Of a stretch of DNA of 64,000 nucleotides, positions 48,506-58,218 are shown piece by piece. The DNA comes from Craspedostauros australis (taxonomy: Eukaryota), in NCBI GenBank assembly GCA_030167865.1, contig JALAGF010003801.1:1-64000 (forward strand), read 5' to 3'. Below the pieces are notes generated by a model. That model searched no databases and was not told the DNA's origin. It saw only the letters and a list, made by a program, of their open reading frames with translations. A program made the position numbers and the translations under genes. The stretch's first letter is position 1. Every line of letters begins with the position of its first letter.

Positions 48506-50425
48506 ATGATGGCCTGGAAGCAATGGCACTGTGGAGGAGAGGGGGCGTTCTTCTGCCACCCGACAAGGTTTCTGCGGACGCTGGTGGCGCTCATGCTGCT
48601 AATGCCGACCCTTGCTGCGACAGGAAGTGGTGGCGCCAAGCATCATGGTGATGCGGTTCTGCAAGACGGCAATGTTGCCATGGACGGCAACAACTACGAT
48701 CACCACATCGGCATCAGCGGACCGTTCGACCATCTCCGACCACGCAAACTGCAACAGGACACGCCCGACGATGTAACGTCGCTCATCCCAGACTTCCCAG
48801 CTTGCAACACATTGCTGCACACGCTCAGCAAGGCGCAGGTCGCGACGATGATGACAGCACTGATCAACGGTCGGAGCAGGTTTTCGGATTTGGAAAAGTT
48901 CATTTTCAGAGCCCAATTTGTTACCAACATCAAGCACGGCGTTGAGATCCGTCGTGTTTGCGCGTCCTGCGACGACATTCCGCAGTTTGTGAAGTCAGCA
49001 TCTGCGCAGGTCGCTGAGAGCGTCGAGTCTTTCTGCGGCGCCGATGTGTACGGAAGCGACGTCCAGTACTCTGGATTGCTCGTGATCCCAATCGATGAAA
49101 ACGCAAGCAACGACGCACCATCGCGCATTGTGAAGGGCCCGTTGCGGAGCTTCGTCTACTTCCACACCACCTCGCATTCGTTCAATGTGCCCAGCATTCG
49201 CGAAATCCGCAACACACTGGAGCCGGCCCCGACGTTTGGTTTCGATTTTGAAACGGGGCTCCAGCTGACCTTGGCTGCGCATGGCGCGGTGATGTTGGCA
49301 CCAGACTTCATGGGGTACGCCGAGAGTTACGATAAGATCGTCAAGGGCTACATTCTGCGCAAATCTTACGAAACCTCCTCCATCCCGCTTTGGTTTAAGG
49401 CCAAGGAGATCGTGCGGGTGGAGACAATGTGCGAGTCCGAGATGGCCAACGTGGCTGCGGGTGTCGGATTCAGCGAGGGTGGCTACGCAGGCATCGTGGT
49501 TATGGAATTGCTTTCGAAGGTATTTGGCGTCGACGTCGTCCAGTACTACGCCGGCGGGGTCCCTGCCAAGCTCGGTTCTGCCGGCGTCTTGAGCATCATT
49601 CAAGCGGTGGTGGATGGCACGCTGGAGGAAGATCGTCGGTACAACTTGGCTTACCTCGGCGTCGCCTACTCTTCCACTCACACCGGCGCAAAGAACTACA
49701 ACGTTGGGCAGGATTTCTTGGCAACACATGCCCGCGAAAATGTGACGAGGGCCGTGAATGAAAGCTACACCCTCGCATGGGTCAATGACGCCGTACCGCT
49801 TGGAGATGAGCTGTCGGTCTTCAATGATACCTTCACAAAGTTCGCCTTGGACAACCTTGACGACGACAACTTCACACTGTGCCACAGCGACGACGCGGTG
49901 CTGCGAGAGGTGGGCGTGGAGTTGCTGTGCGATGCATTGAAAGACAACGAGCTGTTGGACACGATGGAGAATATCCAATTCCCACTCACGGTCTGCCAAT
50001 CTCCGGATGACGAGATCGTCAGCATCGACAACTTGCCCGACTTCAGCAAGAATGCAAACTTGACCAGGGTCGATGTCACAGGAAGGCACACGTCAGCGGG
50101 ACTGCAATGCATTCTCAACGGTGCACAGTTCGCCGTGGACGAGGCCTTCCTCAACTATCCCATTCAGAGCGACATCCATCTGGACAACCTGAACTGCGAT
50201 TCGCCCGCTCCATCCATGATCCCAAGCATGGCCCCCACTCCGTCGCCCACATCAGCGCCGACGAATGCTACAGAAACGGGTGCGCCCACATCGGCGCCAA
50301 CGAATGCTGCAGAAACGGGTGCGCCCACATCGGGTGGCACCCAGCTAGGCGCAGGCGCGTGGCTATTGGGTCGAACCGCCATGTTCGCAACTATCGTTGC
50401 TGCCCTGTGCTCTTCCTTCGTGTAA
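48506..50425 (+). CDS. Secreted alpha/beta hydrolase (secretory-lipase-like) with PT stalk and GPI/TM-like C-terminus
   Basis: Signal peptide LVALMLLMPTLAA; APDFMGY, nucleophile GFSEGG, SPDDEIV, GRH; 13-aa APTSAPTNA[T/A]ETG repeat; hydrophobic tail. Confidence 0.82.
   Translation: MMAWKQWHCGGEGAFFCHPTRFLRTLVALMLLMPTLAATGSGGAKHHGDAVLQDGNVAMDGNNYDHHIGISGPFDHLRPRKLQQDTPDDVTSLIPDFPACNTLLHTLSKAQVATMMTALINGRSRFSDLEKFIFRAQFVTNIKHGVEIRRVCASCDDIPQFVKSASAQVAESVESFCGADVYGSDVQYSGLLVIPIDENASNDAPSRIVKGPLRSFVYFHTTSHSFNVPSIREIRNTLEPAPTFGFDFETGLQLTLAAHGAVMLAPDFMGYAESYDKIVKGYILRKSYETSSIPLWFKAKEIVRVETMCESEMANVAAGVGFSEGGYAGIVVMELLSKVFGVDVVQYYAGGVPAKLGSAGVLSIIQAVVDGTLEEDRRYNLAYLGVAYSSTHTGAKNYNVGQDFLATHARENVTRAVNESYTLAWVNDAVPLGDELSVFNDTFTKFALDNLDDDNFTLCHSDDAVLREVGVELLCDALKDNELLDTMENIQFPLTVCQSPDDEIVSIDNLPDFSKNANLTRVDVTGRHTSAGLQCILNGAQFAVDEAFLNYPIQSDIHLDNLNCDSPAPSMIPSMAPTPSPTSAPTNATETGAPTSAPTNAAETGAPTSGGTQLGAGAWLLGRTAMFATIVAALCSSFV
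50245..50335 (+). repeat. 39-bp coding tandem duplication (APTSAPTNAxETG)
   Basis: Two near-identical units plus a partial third. Confidence 0.85.
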
Positions 50426-51171
50426 GTGAAACTCTCGATAGAGGGGACGTCGCAAATTAAGACTGATAGTAGAGTGCGCCCACTTTCCCTTTGCCATTCC
50501 ATGTGTTAAATGCATCCGTATTAGTTATTGTCTTTCAGAAGCAACGTGGACGACGGATGAGAGCGGTGCTGAATGCCATTGGCAACGAGAGGGCAGAAAA
50601 TGTAGCCAAACTGCTCCTACCCGTAGTCCATTCACAACTAGACATGGCATGGAATGGCTTGGGCTGCAAGCGGCTGCTCTACCACTATTGCCCCCAAAAT
50701 AGGTATATATGTCGGGAATCACAGATGCTATGAAACCGCATGAAGAACAGCAGCATGTCAGTAGCACACCACATGAAGAGAATTGTACGAGTGGAACAAC
50801 GAATGTAAAGTATGAATACAGGAAATTATGTGACAATGTGGAAATCCTGGTCTCATAATTCGCCATCGAGAACAACAACACAACAAAATAAAAAGCACAA
50901 GTCGTGTGAAACAAGGACACTCTGAATTTACGCCAAGTGGATTTCTTAACATCCACTTTTTGATTGTTAATGTCATCGCAGGCCTCTTGTGCGGCAATGC
51001 GTGTGTTTATAAAGTATCAGCATACCACGTTCGTTTGGTATGATTGCAGAACGGATAGAGTAGAGTAGAGTCGTATGTAGGTACATCTTGTACGTGCGTC
51101 TGCAGAGCGCAAGCAAGCCCGTGGCACTTGCACAGTACCACGGATACATGCCAGCCAGAAACACCTCCGAT

Positions 51172-53808
51172 TCAGTCATCGAGTTCGTAATCCTCCGGTT
51201 CCATCGCGGCCTTCGTCTCTTCGTAGTAATTCCACATGACGTCCATGAGCTCGGTCTTCTTGACTTCACGCCACTGATCCAAACTCTTGCCATCGATCGA
51301 GACGAAGTACCGGCGTCCCTTCAGTTGTATCTTGATGCCGCGGTACACCCTTGGATCATACTCCTGTTCGCCTTGAATTAACAGGACGTTGCGAACTGCC
51401 TGAAGGAACGTGATTGTGCCTGGATGGTCTTCATCCTCGAAGCAGACGTCCGTGGACTTGGGTACTTCGCTGCCGCGCACTCGGATGCTCGAATGTGATC
51501 GCGTGCTGTGCTGGGTGTGGTGCAATGAACCATCCATGGCTTCTGTCGTGTCGGTGGCAGAGGAGTCGAGCGTCTTCCTCTTTGGCTTTTTCTTCGCCTT
51601 CTTCTTTGGCTTGTCAATGTTGTGATTGCTGCCGCTGACGTTGCTGCTGCTGCTCTCCGTGCTTTTGGTGCTCCTGCTGGACTTCGAGGATCGGTTGCCC
51701 TCGTGGATGTAGTCATCCAGCTCATCGATTTCGAAGCTCTTACTCGAGGACGCGACGGTGGATGCGAAAGAATCGACCGAGTTGAGACCGGACGACCATG
51801 ACGAGTCGTCATAGTCGACAGCACCATTACCGTGACGCCGCGTCTGGCTGTGACCTGATTGCTTCTCGGCAACCGCCTTCTTGGATGCCTTCATTGATTT
51901 CGCCGACTTCTTGGACGTCTTCTGCGTCCCAACCGAAGAGCTCGCCGTGCTGAGATTCGATGTCGTGCTGCCGCGCTTTGCTTTCAACTTGGTGGCAGAG
52001 GATGATTGCGCCGCGATTGGGTAGTCAAACTCATGATCGCTATCCTCGGCGAATTCCGCATCTGTACCATCGACGTCGCTGCTCGTATCATAGTCATCGA
52101 AATGCGAGGGCGGCGGTGCCAGTGGAATTGTTGTTGCGACGTTTTGTTTTTTGGTTTTCTTGGACTTTGGTTTCTCCAGCGGAACAGCGCTGTCCTTGCT
52201 CTTCTTTGACAACTTTCCCATCTCCGGAGAAGCAGCTGCAGTAACACCCTTCTTCTTTTTCTTCTTCGATGTCGGGGTACCCTCGGCAACTTCCGTTGCT
52301 GCGGCTGCCTTCTTCTTCTTCTTCGCCTTTGGCGTCTTCTGCTTGGCCGTCGCCGCCGATTTGTCCTTCTTCTTGGACTTCTTGACGCGCGTGAGAACGC
52401 CCGCAGCCTCGTTGTGGCGCGTGATGCTGCTGCTATCCGAATGGTGAGATGATTCTTCAAGAATGATCTCCTGAGGTGGGATGTGCATGCGTCCCGAAGA
52501 ACGATCGCTCGTGGTCGTGCTGGAGCCAAAGCTGGCGGAGTGCTGGGGTGGGTGACGATGCGTCGAAGATGCGTAGGGGTTGCGGTGCATTTCGGGTGGA
52601 GCATAGGGTCCATTTGCATGGGAGGAGAGAGACATTTGATGGCGCCGTCCGGGCGTGGATGGGCCGTGTCTGCTGGTGCTGAGCGAGCTGTGCATGGAAG
52701 ACGACAAGGATGGTCCACCCATCCTCCTCGTCGAATGCTGTCCGTGTGATGACATGGATAGGCCCGCTCGCTTGGCGTGCGGGTTTGGTCGCCGCTGCGG
52801 CGGCTGTCGCTGCCAGTGCATGGCCATTTGCTGCGATTGCAAGGAAGAGAGCGGTTCGTCTAGCCCCTTCGGGTAGACGGCATAACGATTGCTGTCCGGC
52901 GGTTGCGGCTGTCTGTTCATGCTCTGGCTGTGCCTGGCGTTGCTGTGCATGGACTGCGACAGACCCATATCAGGTCCTTTCATGCTCTTGTTGATCGGCT
53001 TGGACATCATCGTGGGCGGTTGCTTCGATCCGTGCATGGATGCAGACAGACCTCTTCCAGAACCTGCGGCAGGTCTGCTGCTTGGAATTCGCTGAAACCC
53101 GTACGTGCCGGCGGTGGAATGTTGCATCGGTGGCTGTTTCGATCCATGCAGAGATGACGAGAGACCCATCGCTCGCATGGACTTTGGCGCGGCGGATTTG
53201 CGTGGACCTGGTGCCTGGTGGAACTCCACACGCCTGGATCCCTGGGCCTGCACGTTTCTGCTTGAACGTGCCTTTTGCATCTGCCATTTTCTGCCTGCTG
53301 TTGGTGACGCAGACGCATGCCTGCCATGCGAGTCTGGCGCTCCTGTCATGGGGACGCTGTTGTGGAATCGATTCTGTGGATGCGGATGCTGATATTGTTG
53401 CTGATAGTGTTGCTGTTGTTGATGGTATTGCTGATGGTGTTGCTGTTGCTGACGGTGTTGCTGACCATGGTACCCAGCGTGCTCACCAACGTCTCCGCCT
53501 TCGCCGAAGCTGCCGAAGCTGATGAAGCTGTCGTTGAGCCGGTACTGATCTTCCATGTCGAACATCACATCGAGAGGGACCGCCATCTGCTGCTGCGTCT
53601 GCATCTGCGGCTGAACCTTGCCCTTGTTCTTGTTCTTGTTCTTGCCCTTGCCCTTGGTCTTCTTCTTGTCTTTGTCATTCTTCTTGGTCTTGGCCTTGAC
53701 CTTCTTGCCGCTCTTGGAAACGAAGGGGCTCTTGAGGTTGATCGGCAGCGCCATGCCCTGGCTGGGCCGGTTCACCTTCTTGCCGCTGCCAAAGAGCTTG
53801 CTGGGCAT
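51172..53808 (-). CDS. Low-complexity Lys/Ser/Gln-rich protein, 878 aa, with a small C-terminal globular domain (possibly DUF6824-like)
   Basis: Long intronless ORF; poly-K tracts; repeated LSxSxH motifs; C-terminal DVCFEDEDHPGTITFLQAV...GRRYFV...WREV. Confidence 0.8.
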   Translation of the reverse strand: MPSKLFGSGKKVNRPSQGMALPINLKSPFVSKSGKKVKAKTKKNDKDKKKTKGKGKNKNKNKGKVQPQMQTQQQMAVPLDVMFDMEDQYRLNDSFISFGSFGEGGDVGEHAGYHGQQHRQQQQHHQQYHQQQQHYQQQYQHPHPQNRFHNSVPMTGAPDSHGRHASASPTAGRKWQMQKARSSRNVQAQGSRRVEFHQAPGPRKSAAPKSMRAMGLSSSLHGSKQPPMQHSTAGTYGFQRIPSSRPAAGSGRGLSASMHGSKQPPTMMSKPINKSMKGPDMGLSQSMHSNARHSQSMNRQPQPPDSNRYAVYPKGLDEPLSSLQSQQMAMHWQRQPPQRRPNPHAKRAGLSMSSHGQHSTRRMGGPSLSSSMHSSLSTSRHGPSTPGRRHQMSLSSHANGPYAPPEMHRNPYASSTHRHPPQHSASFGSSTTTSDRSSGRMHIPPQEIILEESSHHSDSSSITRHNEAAGVLTRVKKSKKKDKSAATAKQKTPKAKKKKKAAAATEVAEGTPTSKKKKKKGVTAAASPEMGKLSKKSKDSAVPLEKPKSKKTKKQNVATTIPLAPPPSHFDDYDTSSDVDGTDAEFAEDSDHEFDYPIAAQSSSATKLKAKRGSTTSNLSTASSSVGTQKTSKKSAKSMKASKKAVAEKQSGHSQTRRHGNGAVDYDDSSWSSGLNSVDSFASTVASSSKSFEIDELDDYIHEGNRSSKSSRSTKSTESSSSNVSGSNHNIDKPKKKAKKKPKRKTLDSSATDTTEAMDGSLHHTQHSTRSHSSIRVRGSEVPKSTDVCFEDEDHPGTITFLQAVRNVLLIQGEQEYDPRVYRGIKIQLKGRRYFVSIDGKSLDQWREVKKTELMDVMWNYYEETKAAMEPEDYELDD

Positions 53809-55949
53809 GGTGCTGTGTCAATGGTACAATGAGTACGTACAGGTATTGTGGGATGGTGCTGATTCTTGCTTGATGTTTGATGTTTGCTACAGTTGTTGCT
53901 AACGATGGACGAAACTAAGCCCATGTGTGTGGCTATGTGTGTGGATGCGTGTCGGTATGAGTTGTGAATGTGGAGCAACACGAGGTTCAGGAGCTGGCCC
54001 TCTCTCGAGTGTAGTAGTAGTTGATGTTGTTGTTGTGTCGATGTGGAGTTTGTCAACAAGCTGGATGTCTGGTCAAACACGAGAACTCTTGGGAGTTTGT
54101 GGTTGTCTTTTCAGGCGTGCACTTCAATTGGTTGCGGCTTTCGCAGTCCACCACGACAAGCCCTTCGGCATGTCCGCCCGAACTGTGTCAGTAGTTTTGC
54201 CGGTCGCTGGCCTTCTCAGCCTGCCCTGCACAGAGTCGATGCTATTGTACGTGTTGGAGACGCAAGAGACCGCAGCGCTGGGGTGCTGTCGCGCTTTCTT
54301 CGCTTGTTCTTTCTTCTGGTTTCGCGTGCTCGCTTCTTCTCCCTCTTTGTGCACAAGGAGTTAGGTTCATTCACAGCCCGATTCAGCGTGGAGTAGCTAC
54401 TGCAATGCAATTAGAGATCAGCCGCTTTCTGTGCTCTTCCCCTCTTTGTCGGATGTGTCTCCGTGGTCTTTTGCTCTCTTTTGTCAATTGTCCTTTCTCT
54501 CTTTGATGGTCGGTTCTGCCAACACACCAACAGACCGACCCTGCGCCAGGGTTGGCACACTTGACAAAACCCCGCAACACGATCAAGAGCACAGAGACGA
54601 GAGAGGTTGTTGGTGCGCATGCGTATCGTTGATGGACCAGGGATTTACTCTTCGCCTCTCTGCGTACCTTGGCCCCGAAACAGATTGTTAGACTCGTGTG
54701 CTGTGCTGCATTTCGTGATCCCCTCTCCCTTGGTTTCCGTCATGCAGGCTTTGTTGTCGCCGCTGTGCCTGTTGTCGTTGGCCTTCCTGTCTCTGCTTCG
54801 CTCTCTTTGCTGTCAAACCAATTATCGCTGCTGATGTCGCCGTCGATCAATGCCCAGTTCCGCGTGAGCACTTTCATCCATTCGTACTTCTGTGACCGAG
54901 CAGAAACCAAGCGCGGAACTTGGCGCGATGAAGCTTGGCGAGCCTTCGTCTTGGTTTGTGTCAGGCAATAAAAGCGAGCTGATCGTAAAATGCGACATCC
55001 AAATGCCACATGAATAACTCCATGGTACCTGAATTGTGATGCTCCGCACATAACGAAAGCGTGCGCGAGATAAGCCCTATGATTCCATAGAACATAGAAA
55101 ATGTCATCTTAAAGGTACACGACCTTTGTCAATGTCCGTCAGTCATGCCTTCTTGCGTTTCGCACGCGGCACTGCACACGACTCGTGTGTCCGTTGGCAT
55201 TTGCCCTACGCGACTTAATCGTAACGTTCAACGTTTTTAATACTCTTCATTGTGTATCGGTGTATCTTTGATGTTCTGTACTCTTTCTATAGTATATTGG
55301 ACATTGTTGAGTCGTGACGTTGACGGTCACGACTGGGCTCGAAACACAGAACATCAACAAAACGAGAAACGTAGACGTGCTTTTGCGCGCGCTTGTAGCT
55401 TCGTTGATGTTTGTTCCTGCGTTTTGTGGTGGCGATGCTTTGGGTGGTACGACTACGGGCAGTGGTTGGTTGGAGCTTGCTGTGGACACTGTTCTTTGTT
55501 TCTCCATCTCTCCCGTGTGGTTGCGGGACACAGCTTGCACCCCTGTTGGACAGGATCTTCTCTTCTCCCGTGTCCGCTTCATCCGCCAACCGCCCATTCC
55601 GTTATTGCCATACTTGCATCCTCAACGCATTTCGTCTCTCACTTGCACACACCACAAGTCCCTGTTGCGACAACCTCCCAACCAACAACTCATTGGATTA
55701 GGTATACACCTCCCGGTCGCAAGTAAGGAACTGTTGTACAATAGATACCAGTCACTGGCACCGAGCGTTCCAAGCAACACCCCACCAACACAGGTCATTG
55801 TACGAGAATCGAAAAGTGCAACCATCGTCACCGAGACTGGCATCGACTCTGGCGCGTTAACCTCAAAGCCCGAACAGGCAACCATTCATCGAACGATACA
55901 CCCACCGAAACATAGCTGCTGCTAATACAAGCACTCCACGTACTGCACC

Positions 55950-57320
55950 ATGGGAGCCTGTTCATCGTCATGCGGCATCTGCCAAAACAGCGACGCGACG
56001 GTCGTGCAACTGCAGGTCATTCCGCCAGAAACGGACCTGCTGGATCTTTGCAGCTTGGCCACCGACGACACGATCCGCCTCGAAGCATTCGAAATGATCA
56101 AGACGCGAGTCGCCAGCCACCCGCGCGAGGCACGCATGTGGAACGAGCAGCGCCGCTTGCCCATCCACATGATCTGCGCCTTGCCCGATATGTGGGATGA
56201 AGCCTCGGCGCGGCACATCATCCGTGTCCTCGTCAACGCGTATCCGAAGGGCCTCACCATGCCCGATGGATCCAATGATACGCCGTTGCATCTGACATGC
56301 GAGACGCAGGGGTACGAAGTGGCAATGACCGTGTTCCAGGCCATGCGCACCGCTGTTTCCATCAAAGGGAAGGAAGGAAATCTGCCGATCCACATGGTGT
56401 GCCGTCGGTACGTTTGTTCAGATGAGAAAAAGTGGCTCGACGTCCTCCTGCAAATGCTGATGGAATATCCGCAAGGAGTCTTCGAGAAGGACGAAGAAGG
56501 GTTGACGCCCATGAAGGCCGCATGGGTTTTCGACGCTGATCTCAGGCCGATGATTGACATCAACAAATACATGTGCGACACAACAGAAGCCTCGGGCCGC
56601 CAAATGCGCTGCCATGAGGTCGCGCTCATGCTGTTGTTCTTTGCGGAACGGCACTTGCGAAAAGATGGCAAAGCAGCAAAGATTGTTGAGAAGACCAAGG
56701 CAGTAGACGCGTCACAGCCAAATCCTGCTGGCGGCGACAATGGCGAGGATACCGACGAACTCGAAGAGACGGATTCTATGGAAGACAGCGAGGAGACGGA
56801 GGAAACGGAAGACAGAGAGGATGTGTCGTCGCAGGACGCCCAGTCGGCACAGGAAATGGACGAGGCGGCGTCCCAGCAGCCGCATGGTGCGCTCCCACCG
56901 ACTCAATCCACAAGATCCAGTCAGTCTTCGAGCTCCAGTCAGTCTGCAAGTAGCGACGAAGATTCAGAAATCGAAGAACAACTGAACGACCCAGAAGTGG
57001 CTGCTCTGCGAAAGGCCATCATAAAGCGCGATGCGTCTTCCCGCGGTCGCCCCCCGCTGGCAGCACCAGCGACGTTGTTGTGGCTGGTCAAGTATGGCGA
57101 CAAATGCAACATCCCGATCGCGCTCTGCAAGGCTATTGTCGCGCATAATCAAAGCCAGCTGCTGGTGCCGGACGCAGAGACAGGCAAGTTACCGCTACAT
57201 ATATTGCAACAGAGGAAGACTGAGCCGGGCACGGATGAATCGTACCTGACGAGTTTGACGAACGTGGTCGAGAGCTTTCACAAGCGAGTGTCGGATCCCA
57301 AGCGATGCAGATTCCTCTAG
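55950..57320 (+). CDS. Ankyrin-repeat-like protein with N-terminal myristoylation/palmitoylation motif
   Basis: MGACSSSCGIC N-terminus; repeats RLPIHMIC, DTPLHLTC, GNLPIHMVC, GLTPMKAA, GKLPLHIL; acidic insert. Confidence 0.8.
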   Translation: MGACSSSCGICQNSDATVVQLQVIPPETDLLDLCSLATDDTIRLEAFEMIKTRVASHPREARMWNEQRRLPIHMICALPDMWDEASARHIIRVLVNAYPKGLTMPDGSNDTPLHLTCETQGYEVAMTVFQAMRTAVSIKGKEGNLPIHMVCRRYVCSDEKKWLDVLLQMLMEYPQGVFEKDEEGLTPMKAAWVFDADLRPMIDINKYMCDTTEASGRQMRCHEVALMLLFFAERHLRKDGKAAKIVEKTKAVDASQPNPAGGDNGEDTDELEETDSMEDSEETEETEDREDVSSQDAQSAQEMDEAASQQPHGALPPTQSTRSSQSSSSSQSASSDEDSEIEEQLNDPEVAALRKAIIKRDASSRGRPPLAAPATLLWLVKYGDKCNIPIALCKAIVAHNQSQLLVPDAETGKLPLHILQQRKTEPGTDESYLTSLTNVVESFHKRVSDPKRCRFL

Positions 57321-58218
57321 GACAACGGCAGGCATATAGTGCACTGCGCCTCATGGGCGAAGCGGCGGAAGACCGTTTGCAATACAATGCGTCTTGAGCG
57401 AGCGACCTTCGAGGAACTAGGTCGAACCGAGGCCCCCTGCTGATTTAGTGCTGGGAGAGGAGGAAAAGGAAAGGGACTTCTCGAAGAACAACATGAAGAA
57501 TTGCAGGTTTGCATGTGGTAGAAAGGCGGTGTGCACGACCGAGTTATAGCGGTAGTATACATAACAACATATGGTCTCATTGTGCTCGCATGAGGACGAG
57601 GACAGGAAGGCGGAGTCGAGTTGTCTCTACTGTGGCTGGAGCAATGTAACTGCGAGCTGACCAGTCGCGCTCCACCAACACGAGCAGGTCGGGTTGACAA
57701 CGGTTGCATGCGAGTCGTGGATGCTGTGTTGAATCTATTCCCGTGAGGCGTGACAGTTTGGCCTCCACGCTCGTGTGTGACGCGCGGGGCCGGCCAATCC
57801 GTTTCGCGAAAGTGCTCACAATTCTATCGCCAACAAGGGAGTTGTCGACCGGCAAATCCAAGGGCACGACCAAAACAAGACGTTTTATCAGAAGAAATGA
57901 AACGCAGAGGTCAACCCTGCCTTTTCGCCGTTCGTGTGATACCGTCATTCGTTCAATGACAATATTCGCTTTTCGCAACACCAAGAAGCAAGGTTTGCTG
58001 TCGCACAAGCACCAACCTCAGATTTGAAATCAACCGCAACAACGAGAACAGCAGTTGCAGGTAGATAAGAGGACCGAACAGTTCCATTTCTGCGTCACCA
58101 TCGACATTTCCGTCTCCATCTGCATCTCCAACGCCGACTTCTCCATCGACATCAACATCATCAGCAAGAGCAAGAACACGAGCAAGGACAGCGGCCGCAC
58201 CGCCATAGATGGGCCACC

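Noticed and set aside
53900-55900. ORFs in the long divergent intergenic region
   Set aside because: No motifs and no coding-type codon bias.
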